From contig LWDK01000044.1 in NCBI GenBank assembly GCA_002083485.1, positions 12,613-76,612 on the forward strand: a stretch of DNA of 64,000 nucleotides, written 5' to 3'. This DNA is from Proteobacteria bacterium SG_bin7 (lineage in GTDB: Bacteria; Bdellovibrionota; Bdellovibrionia; Bdellovibrionales; SG-bin7). The notes beneath the pieces were generated by a model. That model was given only the letters and a program-made list of their open reading frames with translations, searched no databases and was not told the DNA's origin. Of this stretch, positions 27,945 to 37,671 are shown one piece after another (the first letter of the stretch is position 1; each line of letters starts with the position of its first letter). A program made the position numbers and the translations under genes.

Positions 27945-29306
27945 TTACAAATCTACCCGTTGCTGTTCAACCACGACTTTTCGCCCATTAACCTCATAAA
28001 CCCCTGGTTCTAGCAAAATATGAAAATTCCCATTCATATCAGCTTTATAAGTATAGTCCGTCCAAGATTTTTTTGCCGAAAGATTCTTAACGACAACTTC
28101 TTGTTCTCCACTAACTTTTCCACGTACTCCTGAACCATCCAGCAAATCTAGTAATGTCATCCATGCGACTCGCAATTTCTTCACTGTTTTATCGCGATAT
28201 TGTGAGTAACTCGGCTGAAACTCTTGATTCATCTCGATCACAAACGGCATCACACCAAAATCCGAATACAGCCAGTCAATATCACCGCCATCAACTGAAT
28301 ACAAAAGCTCCCAAGGAGTTCCAGAAGTATAAGTATCTCTACCGCCGCCATCCACCGGAATCTGCTTAGCGATTCCGCCACCCACACGCATAAAGAAGTC
28401 TTTATGAGCAGCATGCTGTCCCTGACAACTCATCGGATAAAGAACTAGTTCGCTATAAGAATGAAGCGATAAGCTTGCGACTGGACGAATATTTTTTATT
28501 AACTCAACAATCGCGTTCGTTTCATTTTCTGATCCCGCACTTGGACCACGATAGTCATCAGCGCCTTTATTTCCACTGGAACCGCGACACTGCCCCCACA
28601 TATATGGATAGTTTCTGTTGATATCAACACCATACCCTCGCGAAACATTTTTTCGCCACCAATTGTTGTTTGTCCACACAACATTATTGCCGTCGGGATT
28701 TACCATAGGCACCGCATAGATTTCGTTTTGATCTACCCAGTGAGTAACTTTTCTATCAGCTCCATAATTTGCTAGTAGATACTCAATCATGTCTAGAGGA
28801 ACTTCTGGACTCATAACTTCGCGCGCGTGGTGCATACCATTGATATAAAAAGTCGGCTTTTTAAATTTCGAAAAACTATTTTTATTCGAAATTTTCAGCG
28901 CCCAGATATCTCTGCCTTGCTCGGTTTTACCAAGACTCATCAAGCTGGTGAGGTTGGGATATTTATCCGCAAATCCTCTTAAAATCGACTCGATTTCACT
29001 TGGATCCTTGAATTCTGTGTCAAGACTCGCTCCAATTAGACTTTCTTTCGTAATAGCGAAGCCTTCATTTCTCAAAATTCTTAAATCTTCGCGACTTACA
29101 ACCAGACCGACTTCACTGGCTTTCAAGCTTACACCAGCGATATCGAAATGACGATCTCGAAACTTTTGTAGCTCATCCTTAAATTTAGTGGCTTCTATTT
29201 TTATTTTGACATGAATTTTTTCTTCAGTTTGTGGGGAAAAACTCCCAGCTGCTCCCAATAACAAAGCCGTTCCCATTGCTGCCATGACCATCTTTCTGAT
29301 GTCCAT
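27945..29306 (-). CDS. M14 family zinc carboxypeptidase, exported
   Basis: Signal peptide, zinc-binding INGMHHAREVMSPE (HxxE) and a later ...SLHSYSELVLYP (His ligand region). Confidence 0.85.
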   Translation of the reverse strand: MDIRKMVMAAMGTALLLGAAGSFSPQTEEKIHVKIKIEATKFKDELQKFRDRHFDIAGVSLKASEVGLVVSREDLRILRNEGFAITKESLIGASLDTEFKDPSEIESILRGFADKYPNLTSLMSLGKTEQGRDIWALKISNKNSFSKFKKPTFYINGMHHAREVMSPEVPLDMIEYLLANYGADRKVTHWVDQNEIYAVPMVNPDGNNVVWTNNNWWRKNVSRGYGVDINRNYPYMWGQCRGSSGNKGADDYRGPSAGSENETNAIVELIKNIRPVASLSLHSYSELVLYPMSCQGQHAAHKDFFMRVGGGIAKQIPVDGGGRDTYTSGTPWELLYSVDGGDIDWLYSDFGVMPFVIEMNQEFQPSYSQYRDKTVKKLRVAWMTLLDLLDGSGVRGKVSGEQEVVVKNLSAKKSWTDYTYKADMNGNFHILLEPGVYEVNGRKVVVEQQRVDL

Positions 29307-29326
29307 ATATACCTCTTAAGTTGTAG

Positions 29327-30271
29327 TTACGAAGATTTATGTTTCGTTGTTTGATTTCTACCGTTATTTTTTGACCGATACAAAGCCTCGTCAGCAGCTT
29401 TAAATAAATCATCCCACCCGGCCATAGTTGCGCTTTTTTCAGCTACGCCTAATGAAATCGTAATAGGAAGTTTTTTACCTTCATATTCAAAAACATGGGT
29501 TTGTACCGCCTGACGAGCGCGTTCCGCAATATCGGCTCCTTGCTGTAAATTACTACCGTGGAGAATCACAACAAATTCTTCACCACCGAAGCGTGCAAAG
29601 AAATCATCGCCGCGAATCACTTTGGCTTTCACAAGGTCCGCAAGGGTTTTTAACACGTAATCTCCGGCCAAGTGCCCAAAGTTATTATTCACCTGCCTGA
29701 AGTGATCTAAATCAAACGCAATCGCCGTCAAAGGAAATTGCATTAGTCCCGATCGTTTAAATGCCTCTTTACCATGCTCCAAGAGAGCTGCCTTATTAAA
29801 TATCTGTGTGAGCCCATCGATTTGGCCACGATCATATGTGCTCTTTGTAGTCATGGATTCAATGTTACCGCTCTCTAAAAATTTAAAGATGACATTTCCA
29901 GTCTTTATCTGATCATTGTTTTTCAATTTTACCAGAGTAAGTGGTGGCACAACTCTTCCGTTAATGACAGTTTTATTTGTCGACTCTAAATCCATTATGG
30001 AAACTTCTTTTCCAGAAAACACAACCTTGGCGTGTGACTTACTAACACTTTTATCGTCGACAAACACGTGCGAGCGCGGGTCTCTACCAACAACAACGTC
30101 TCCCGCCGTAAGCGGCCACTGCTTACCAATGTAAGAATTAGGACCGACCAATAATACTAAACTCGGAGGAGCATTCGTCGCTTCAGCGAGACGACCTTTG
30201 AAGGTGTCACTCGAGATAACGCTTGTCTTATCTCCCGCTGTTATTTCGTCGTCTTTAGGATCTTCGCTCAT
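29327..30271 (-). CDS. FHA domain-GGDEF diguanylate cyclase (DgcB-like architecture)
   Basis: FHA region VVVGRDPRSHVFVDDKSVSKSHAKVVF...STNKTVINGRVV. GGDEF domain with active site RFGGEEF, I-site RGDD and the canonical base-specifying Asp (FGHLAGDYVL). Confidence 0.85.
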   Translation of the reverse strand: MSEDPKDDEITAGDKTSVISSDTFKGRLAEATNAPPSLVLLVGPNSYIGKQWPLTAGDVVVGRDPRSHVFVDDKSVSKSHAKVVFSGKEVSIMDLESTNKTVINGRVVPPLTLVKLKNNDQIKTGNVIFKFLESGNIESMTTKSTYDRGQIDGLTQIFNKAALLEHGKEAFKRSGLMQFPLTAIAFDLDHFRQVNNNFGHLAGDYVLKTLADLVKAKVIRGDDFFARFGGEEFVVILHGSNLQQGADIAERARQAVQTHVFEYEGKKLPITISLGVAEKSATMAGWDDLFKAADEALYRSKNNGRNQTTKHKSS

Positions 30272-30311
30272 TATCTAATAAGTATAGGGAATTGCTGGGG
30301 CACAGACAAAT

Positions 30312-31541
30312 TTAGTTTTTTAAGATTTGTTTAGCTAGTCTTTTTCCTAGTTCCACACCGGGCTGGTCAAAAGCATTAATATTTAGATGCTCGCCTAGAC
30401 CTGCGACCACAACTTGAAACAACATAAAAAGAGCCGCTAATTCTTTTTCTCTAATTTGACCCACACGCAGACTCAAACTTTGCACACCCATTTGCTCTAA
30501 GCCCTGTGCTGTCGCGCAGGCTTGCGCTGCAAAAACTCGACCAAGGTTTTTGTTTTGAAAACCTAAACCACTCTCAAAAATATCCTTTTTTAGCTGTGTA
30601 CCATAATCTTCACTTTCCGAGGCGCGCAAAAACCAAATGAATTTGTCCCGCGGCCCCTCGGCAATTTGTTGGAGTACCGAGTGTTGGTCACAACTCCCTG
30701 TCAATGGAATCGGCGTACTCGCGCGAGCCGCAGGATTATTTTTGCGATCGACCTTTTTCGCCAAAGACTCTGCCCATAACTGCTGGTACCATAAACCAAA
30801 ATTCCTAAGAGCATCACAATAAGTCCACAAACAGGTAATCCATTCTTCGCGCCTAAAACTCGCAATACTTTGAGCAATCAACTGAACCGTGACGTCTTGT
30901 TTTTGGATCCCCCAAAGCGCCCCTTGACGAATGTCTTCTAAATTTAAACCCATAAACGCCGCTGGCAATAATCCAACGGGGGTTAAAACAGAAAACCTGC
31001 CACCCACATCCACCGGAATTTCAAGAATGGGAACATTATTTTTTCCTGCCCAGTTTGTTAAAATATTTTCTCGGGCCTCAGAAATGACAGTACACTGCTT
31101 CGCAAATTCCTTTTTTGTTTTCTTCTTTAACCACTGCGCTGCAAAATTTCCCATTGCCAGTGTTTCCACAGTATTTCCACTTTTTGAAACAAGTACGAAA
31201 TGGGTTTTTTGTGGTTTTTTTATTTGCTCTAATTGTTTCCAAAAATAATTCCCATCAATATTATCTATAAACTCAACGGTAAACTTCTTAGCCTTAAAAC
31301 CTAACACTTCCACGATAGCTTTTCCACCCATTGAACTGCCACCAATACCAAATACTACCATGTGATCAAATTTCTTCTGAATCTCTTTAGCCCGCTTTTT
31401 ACTCGTCTCGAATAAGTATTTTCTTTCAGGGATTTGATGGAACCCAATATCTGTTCTTTTTAAAAATTTTTCCAGAGCAGCTTCAGCCGCCTTGAGATCA
31501 CCAGCTTTTGGTTGACTGGTAGAATGAGTCAAGAAAATCAT
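30312..31541 (-). CDS. pgi: Glucose-6-phosphate isomerase (short bacterial type)
   Basis: SIS-domain motifs VVFGIGGSSMGGKA and VLVSKSGNTVET. Size is about 410 aa. Confidence 0.8.
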   Translation of the reverse strand: MIFLTHSTSQPKAGDLKAAEAALEKFLKRTDIGFHQIPERKYLFETSKKRAKEIQKKFDHMVVFGIGGSSMGGKAIVEVLGFKAKKFTVEFIDNIDGNYFWKQLEQIKKPQKTHFVLVSKSGNTVETLAMGNFAAQWLKKKTKKEFAKQCTVISEARENILTNWAGKNNVPILEIPVDVGGRFSVLTPVGLLPAAFMGLNLEDIRQGALWGIQKQDVTVQLIAQSIASFRREEWITCLWTYCDALRNFGLWYQQLWAESLAKKVDRKNNPAARASTPIPLTGSCDQHSVLQQIAEGPRDKFIWFLRASESEDYGTQLKKDIFESGLGFQNKNLGRVFAAQACATAQGLEQMGVQSLSLRVGQIREKELAALFMLFQVVVAGLGEHLNINAFDQPGVELGKRLAKQILKN

Positions 31542-31555
31542 TGAAGCTCTCCAAG

Positions 31556-32635
31556 TTACGCAATAACGACATCTTCTTCAATTCGATGATAACCACGCCA
31601 CTCTTTCAGGCGCCCGCGAGGTCGCGAGCCGTCGTCAGGATACTCAACCATAACATAAGTAAGCTTAGTGATTTTGCCAAGGGATGGCATGTCGAGTGAA
31701 GTTAATTCTGTCCAGGTACCAGTATTGAAATATTCCATGTCATTTCCCCACTGACGATATTGGTAGACATGTGTATGACCAAAAATACAAGTGTGCACTC
31801 GTTCATCCATCAGAATTTTTTTTGCTTGCTCACTGAGATCTGGAAAAACTGCGCTTTCTAGAAGCACCTCGACAACTTTGCGAACAGTGACCTGTCGTCG
31901 GGGGTCTCTAAAAAATAATATAGATGCAAAATAAAGTATCAACTGGACAACGCCCTTTAAGAAAAACATCGTTTCTGAAAACAAAGCCCAGCGAAGCATC
32001 TTGCTAAACGGACGAATTTTATCAACATAAGGATAATTGTTTTTCACTTTCAACACGAAATCGACAAAAAAGTGGGAACCGAGTGGCAAATTTAATATCG
32101 GCTCAGGCAAATCTTTCTTCAAAAAGAATCTCTTTGGGTCAAGTCGGTTGGCCGCCTCATACATATGCCCGTGCTCAATATGAACACCATCAAAGAAATA
32201 AACGATGTTTCGATATTTAATTTTTTTACCGATGACTTCATCCAAATAATTTCGGCACGCTGGCCAAAACATTCCTTGGTCATGGTTACCAACAACATAG
32301 GTAACTTGGTTTCCCTCTCGAGCGGCAAACTCCTTTAACGCATTAAAGAACTGGGGATGCCCCTTCACGATAGCCTTCATTACTGAAAGAGTTACTCCTT
32401 CAGTCAATACCGTTAAAAAATGACCGCGGTAATCGCATTGAAGAAAGTTAAAAATGTCGCCATTCAAAATTAATTCAATTTGGTAGTCCCGATACTCACC
32501 GGACATGTAGTAATTGATAAACTCGACAAACTTTTCAGCGTAATAGAATTCTTCTAGTGAATTTAAAGCCCCACCCTCCAGTATTCTCCCTTTACCAAGG
32601 TGCAAATCGCTAACGACAAGTTTCATCTTTTTCAT
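31556..32635 (-). CDS. Calcineurin-like metallophosphoesterase (LpxH-like motif set) with C-terminal extension
   Basis: Motifs VVSDLHLG, LNGDIFNF, VVGNHD, HIEHGH and FGHTH. Lies 12 nt downstream of the GGDEF gene with a GGGGGAAG SD. Confidence 0.75.
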   Translation of the reverse strand: MKKMKLVVSDLHLGKGRILEGGALNSLEEFYYAEKFVEFINYYMSGEYRDYQIELILNGDIFNFLQCDYRGHFLTVLTEGVTLSVMKAIVKGHPQFFNALKEFAAREGNQVTYVVGNHDQGMFWPACRNYLDEVIGKKIKYRNIVYFFDGVHIEHGHMYEAANRLDPKRFFLKKDLPEPILNLPLGSHFFVDFVLKVKNNYPYVDKIRPFSKMLRWALFSETMFFLKGVVQLILYFASILFFRDPRRQVTVRKVVEVLLESAVFPDLSEQAKKILMDERVHTCIFGHTHVYQYRQWGNDMEYFNTGTWTELTSLDMPSLGKITKLTYVMVEYPDDGSRPRGRLKEWRGYHRIEEDVVIA

Positions 32636-32647
32636 AAAACTTCCCCC

Positions 32648-33664
32648 TTAGCTCGCTATATAAATACAGTTGCGTCCCGAGTTTTTACTTTGGTACATGG
32701 CCTGATCCGCAAGACTAATCAGTGAGTCTCTAGATTCCGCATGCTCCGGAAAAGCGGCCACTCCGATACTTGTGGTAATCTTATAAGTTCTTCCATCGAC
32801 GATAAAATCTTTTCTGGAGATTAAAGCACGAATTCTCTCAGCAGCGACGTTAGCGTTAACAGCGTTTGCTCCCACAAGCATTAGTAGATACTCATCTCCA
32901 CCATAGCGAATACCGACATCATTGCCGCGAATGTTCGTTTTTAACATTTGCCCAAGTTGCGAAAGAATTTTTGACCCAATGATATGGCCGTGTTGATCAT
33001 TCACTTCTTTAAAATGGTCGATATCCAAAAATAATACTGAAAAACAGTTTTTTTGTCGCCGCGAAAGAGAAATCTGTCGGTCGAGCGCCATAGCTAAATA
33101 ACGTTGGTTAAACAAACCCGTCAAGTCATCAACATATGCCAACTCTCTCGCTCTTACAAAGCGAAGCGCTTCCGTCAAATTACGGGCAACGACTTGCCGC
33201 ACGTAAACGATACTTTCAAAAACCCAGGTCGTTTTCCAGTCTTTACGTGGCTTTTCAATTAAAATATCACCTATTTTTTCCTGATTCACATGACCATAGA
33301 TGGGCCATATCAGAAATTCACTGTCCGTTGTCTTGATGTGAACAAAATCATTTAGATCAAATTGTATAAGGCCCTTCGCTAAACCAGCAATGAGGGAATT
33401 CAGCTCACCTTGCGATTTCGATCCAGTGGTTAAATATTGAGGACAGGCTTCACCCAAACGCGCGCGCGGAATTTGAATGCTGCCTTGCTCAAATTGAGTC
33501 CGAATCATGACCTCAAGGCGTTCGCCCAAAAACCAATACACCTCTTGGGCCTCAAATTCATTTTGAAAGAGCTTCATAGTTTTCAATACAACTTCTCGGC
33601 AGTTGTCGAGCTCAAGATCAGATTCAAAATTTAGTAGCTTTTGCAATACTAGTATGTCGCCCAT
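32648..33664 (-). CDS. GAF-like N-terminal domain + GGDEF cyclase with Hypr-type Ser substitution
   Basis: GGDEF domain LFLDIDHFKEVNDQHGHIIGSKIL aligns without gaps to PleD DIDFFKKINDTFGHDIGDEVL. Ser231 (codon 32972-32974) replaces the guanine-specifying Asp. Active site RYGGDEY, I-site RGND. Confidence 0.8.
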   Translation of the reverse strand: MGDILVLQKLLNFESDLELDNCREVVLKTMKLFQNEFEAQEVYWFLGERLEVMIRTQFEQGSIQIPRARLGEACPQYLTTGSKSQGELNSLIAGLAKGLIQFDLNDFVHIKTTDSEFLIWPIYGHVNQEKIGDILIEKPRKDWKTTWVFESIVYVRQVVARNLTEALRFVRARELAYVDDLTGLFNQRYLAMALDRQISLSRRQKNCFSVLFLDIDHFKEVNDQHGHIIGSKILSQLGQMLKTNIRGNDVGIRYGGDEYLLMLVGANAVNANVAAERIRALISRKDFIVDGRTYKITTSIGVAAFPEHAESRDSLISLADQAMYQSKNSGRNCIYIAS

Positions 33665-33676
33665 GCCACTACTACC

Positions 33677-34429
33677 TTATTTTACTTTCTTTAATGGGGC
33701 TGCACTTGCGTTGTCTTCTTCTTCGAGTAGCGATAGCGCCAAACGCATCGCCTTCACCACGCGACGGATTTTCTCACCTTCTTTTTCGATGCGCTCACTT
33801 AGGCCACCTTCGCGCGAACGATGTTGTTCAACATCTAAGTTCATCTGATCGATGCGACGCTTGAGATCCATAATAATTTCATCCTTATTGCGAATAACAG
33901 CGGCACCTTCCATTTTCATGATCTCGAGCCGATTTTCAAGTTCACGTTCACGGACCCGGATCTTTTTTAGATCTGTGGCTAAGCGCATTTCTAGCTCATC
34001 GACCTTGTTCACCAAACGACCCATCTCGCGATCTTTGGCTTGAATAGATTCTTCCAATAATCTTTTCTCATCAGAATAATTTTCTTGCAAATCGCTAAGT
34101 TGTCGAGTGGCTTTTTCTGAACGCGTCGTTAACTCTTCCACGCGTTGATTCAGTGTCCGTCCTGCAGCAATCAATTGTTCGTTCTCGCGGCGTAAACGAT
34201 CAATTTCTTCTTCTAGTTCTAAAATTCTTGTCTGTGCGACCCGTAAATTTTCAGATTGGGCAAGCGCGGCTTCGGTGGTCGGCAACTGGCCAGAGGGAAA
34301 TGGATTTCGCACCGGATTTAATCCGGTTTTAAAGTCAGGAAGCGCATCGGAAGATTTCTGTTGGTCTTTACCCAACAATGCATCCACGATTCCCATCGCA
34401 AATTTACCGCTGTTTTTATTATCAGCCAT
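33677..34429 (-). CDS. Coiled-coil protein, unknown function (first gene of the GGDEF operon)
   Basis: E/R/L-rich heptad sequence through most of its 250 aa. There is a 12-nt gap to the GGDEF gene. Confidence 0.5.
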   Translation of the reverse strand: MADNKNSGKFAMGIVDALLGKDQQKSSDALPDFKTGLNPVRNPFPSGQLPTTEAALAQSENLRVAQTRILELEEEIDRLRRENEQLIAAGRTLNQRVEELTTRSEKATRQLSDLQENYSDEKRLLEESIQAKDREMGRLVNKVDELEMRLATDLKKIRVRERELENRLEIMKMEGAAVIRNKDEIIMDLKRRIDQMNLDVEQHRSREGGLSERIEKEGEKIRRVVKAMRLALSLLEEEDNASAAPLKKVK

Positions 34430-34627
34430 CTACGTAAAATATCGGAAATTCAGGGAGTATTCTTAATTTTCAGTGACACTTTCAAGGCGTAACTGGGCCT
34501 TTGATGAGTCCATATTTAGGAAAAATTAGACCATCGTCTCCTCGACTAGCATTTCTACAGAACCAATATCCGGCGATCTTTTAAATAAAGCGCCATCTCG
34601 GTGAACTTTTGCTGAATAACGGCGGCC

Positions 34628-35536
34628 TTAAGAAACCGTGACAACCTTCATATATTCTTTAAAACGCTTTTCAACCTGCGCTTCGGTAAGATTCAGAAGC
34701 GCGCGTACCGAAAAATCCTGTACCGTGAAACTTGCCATCAAACAGCCTTGAACGCATGCGCGTTTCAAGGTTTCTAAATCTAAGCCGCTTCCCGATTTCG
34801 CAAGGTAACCAATAAATCCACCCGCAAATGTATCTCCCGCTCCCGTTGGGTCCACAACTTTTGAAATAGGGTAGGCTGGTAAAATAAAATAATGTTTGTC
34901 ATAGAAAAGTACAAAGCCATACTCACCGCGCTTAATTACGACCGCCTTTGGACCGAGTTCTATCAATTTGTATGACGCTGCGATCGCATTGGCTTCCTTG
35001 GTCAAAATTTTGGCTTCGCCTTCATTTATCAAAAGTACATCAACCTTTTTTAAAACACTTTTCAAATCCGAAAGCTTTGAAGAAATCCAAAAATTCATAG
35101 TGTCCATTGCCACGAGTTTTGGTTTTTTCACCTGCTCAAGCACTGACATTTGCAAAACCGGATCGATGTTCGCTAAAAATACATATTCGGCATCTCTAAA
35201 TCCATCAGGAAGCGTCGGCTTAAATGACTCAAAAACATTTAATTCTGTAGTCAACGTCTGTGCTTCGTTCAAATCGCCCTCATAACGACCGGCCCAATGG
35301 AAGGTTTTACCTTTTTCTCTTTTAATTCCAGAAACATCAACACCACGCTCTTTTAACATATCGATGTCAGAAGCATGGTAGTCTTCGCCGATTACGCCAA
35401 CCACTCCCACCTTCGAATACATGCTCGCCGAAAGTGAAAAATAATTTGAACTCCCACCGAGCGCGCGCTCAGCAGCTCCACTGGGAGTATAAATCGAATC
35501 ATACGCCAAACTTCCGATAACAATAATTTTAGGCAT
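34628..35536 (-). CDS. PfkB-family carbohydrate kinase
   Basis: N-terminal GSLAYD and C-terminal DPTGAGDTFAGGF signature. Confidence 0.8.
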   Translation of the reverse strand: MPKIIVIGSLAYDSIYTPSGAAERALGGSSNYFSLSASMYSKVGVVGVIGEDYHASDIDMLKERGVDVSGIKREKGKTFHWAGRYEGDLNEAQTLTTELNVFESFKPTLPDGFRDAEYVFLANIDPVLQMSVLEQVKKPKLVAMDTMNFWISSKLSDLKSVLKKVDVLLINEGEAKILTKEANAIAASYKLIELGPKAVVIKRGEYGFVLFYDKHYFILPAYPISKVVDPTGAGDTFAGGFIGYLAKSGSGLDLETLKRACVQGCLMASFTVQDFSVRALLNLTEAQVEKRFKEYMKVVTVS

Positions 35537-36596
35537 GAACTTCTAACCTTTCCGGTCGGTTCTTGTAAAGAGATGTTAGTTGGCCACAAGCTGCGAAAAT
35601 ATCGCGTCCCATTGTCTTACGAATAAGAACATGCGCGCCGAGCTTCATCAATTCTTTCTGAAACCGATCCACTTGCGATGAACTTGGTCGCAAATAGTCT
35701 GACCCAGGATGCTCATTGTAAGCAATCAAATTTATTTTGCACGGCACATTTTTGGTCAGGTGATAAAGTTCGTGCGCCTGCTCTAAGCTGTCAGTCACAC
35801 CTTTGAGCAAAACATATTCAAGAGTAACTTTATCACCTGTTTCCTCGCAATGCGCACGACAGGCATCTAAGAGGACATCGATAGGATATTTTTTGTTGAT
35901 TGGCATGACTCTGGATCTCACTTCGTCATTTGATCCGTTTAAACTCACCGCAAGCCTTACACCTGATTTAGTGATCAAAGGAATCTGCGGAACCAAACCA
36001 CTTGTCGATACCGTGATCTTTTTCCGCGAGAGTTTTATTCCCCACTCGCTATGCAAAATATCAATCGCCCTAAAAACATTGTCAGGGTTGTCGAGCGGCT
36101 CACCCATTCCCATAAAAACTATATTCGTAATACGCACATTTTCTGGAAGAGCTTCTTTAGCAATCAAGTACTGACCAACAATCTCGCTTGTTGAAAGCCT
36201 TTTGCTAAGTTTGGTTTTTCCCGTATAACAAAAACCACAAGCCATATTGCAGCCGACCTCACTCGACACACAAAGAGTTAGACGATCATTGTCCGCAGGA
36301 ATCAATACGCACTCAATGGTTTTACCATTTCCCATGTCCAGTAAAAATTTTTGGGTACCATCAACACTTTTTAAATGTTGAACCACCCCCGGAAGAGTGA
36401 AATGAAATAGACTTTTTAATTCATCGCGAGTTTTTTTGGCAATATTGGTCATCAAATCGAAATCAGTAATTCTATCAACATAAACCCATTTAAAAAGTTG
36501 CTGTGCACGAAACTTTTCCTTACCAAATGAGACCAAAAGGTTCTTGAGATCTTCTAAAGAATAGTCGTAAAAATTGTACTTTGGCATGAAGGCCAA
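35529..36596 (-). CDS. rlmN: 23S rRNA/tRNA (adenine-C2)-methyltransferase RlmN (radical SAM)
   Basis: FRAQQLFKWVY N-terminus, CNMACGFCYTG (CxxxCxxC), MGMGEPLDN and C-terminal ...IFAACGQL. Confidence 0.9.
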   Translation of the reverse strand: MAFMPKYNFYDYSLEDLKNLLVSFGKEKFRAQQLFKWVYVDRITDFDLMTNIAKKTRDELKSLFHFTLPGVVQHLKSVDGTQKFLLDMGNGKTIECVLIPADNDRLTLCVSSEVGCNMACGFCYTGKTKLSKRLSTSEIVGQYLIAKEALPENVRITNIVFMGMGEPLDNPDNVFRAIDILHSEWGIKLSRKKITVSTSGLVPQIPLITKSGVRLAVSLNGSNDEVRSRVMPINKKYPIDVLLDACRAHCEETGDKVTLEYVLLKGVTDSLEQAHELYHLTKNVPCKINLIAYNEHPGSDYLRPSSSQVDRFQKELMKLGAHVLIRKTMGRDIFAACGQLTSLYKNRPERLEVHA

Positions 36597-36630
36597 TTCA
36601 TAGCCGAATTAGCCAATTTCCTCAAAGATT

Positions 36631-37653
36631 TTATGCATTTTCCTGAAAATTTTTTAGATTTTGGAGCGCGGTTTGTGCCTCATCAAAATGGCAAGGAACA
36701 CAACCGATCTTAGCCACAACCACCCCCGCGGCCGCATTCGCTAATAGCGCTGCCTCGGCCAAATTGAATCCAGAGACCCAACCCAGCGCCAAACTCGCTA
36801 TAACCGTGTCACCCGCACCCGTCACATCAAAAACTTCACGCGCAAATGTTGGAACTTGGGCAAGCTGACCGTTTTCGTAAATCGTCATCCCGTGTTTTCC
36901 TCGAGTTACCACAACTCGACCAAAATTTCCTTGCTCCGTAATAACACGAACAACTTCTGGCAACAGATTTTTGTTCACATGCAAATCGTCTTCAGTCATT
37001 TTTGCCAGTGCCAAAGCTTCCTGAAAATTGGGTTTAATTAAGTCGGCACCCCGGTAATATCGGAGTGGGGTTGTGCGATGCGGGTCCACTAAAACTTTTT
37101 TTTCTTTTTCGCGCGCCATTTTAATTAATTTTTGCGCAACATTCTCGCTAAAAATTCCCTTAGCATAGTCTTGTAAAATAACCCCATCCACTTTCGGAAT
37201 AAGATCGGCCGCTCGCTGCAATAAATCTTTTTCGGCCACCGAGTTTAAAAACTTTCGATGCTCAAAATCTACCCTAACTATGTGGTGATGCTGAGCCATC
37301 ACTCTCAATTTGCGCGTCGTGGGACGGCTATTATCAACAATCAATCCCGAATCATCGACTTTTTCTTTTTTCAGTAAGTTTCTGAGTTGGTCCGCCGCTG
37401 GATCATTTCCCACGACTGAAAGCAAAATCGGCTGGCTGAACAAACTCGCAATATTTTGCGCAACGTTTGCCGACAACCCCAAACGCAATGACTCTTCGGT
37501 GACATCGAGTACTGGTACAGGAGCCTCAGGGCTAATACGATTCACATCACCAATGACGTATTCATCGACACCCACATCCCCTACAACTAATATTTTTTTG
37601 TTTTTTATCAGTTCTAAGCGCCGAAGGACGTCCTCTGCCATTTTGCGAATCAT
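36631..37653 (-). CDS. D-glycero-beta-D-manno-heptose-7-phosphate kinase (RfaE domain I / HldA-type, PfkB family)
   Basis: ILVVGDVGVDEYVIGDVNRISPEAPVPVL is typical of the RfaE kinase domain. C-terminal DVTGAGDTVIASL. Confidence 0.75.
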   Translation of the reverse strand: MIRKMAEDVLRRLELIKNKKILVVGDVGVDEYVIGDVNRISPEAPVPVLDVTEESLRLGLSANVAQNIASLFSQPILLSVVGNDPAADQLRNLLKKEKVDDSGLIVDNSRPTTRKLRVMAQHHHIVRVDFEHRKFLNSVAEKDLLQRAADLIPKVDGVILQDYAKGIFSENVAQKLIKMAREKEKKVLVDPHRTTPLRYYRGADLIKPNFQEALALAKMTEDDLHVNKNLLPEVVRVITEQGNFGRVVVTRGKHGMTIYENGQLAQVPTFAREVFDVTGAGDTVIASLALGWVSGFNLAEAALLANAAAGVVVAKIGCVPCHFDEAQTALQNLKNFQENA

Positions 37654-37671
37654 ATTTACCTTCTTACTACT

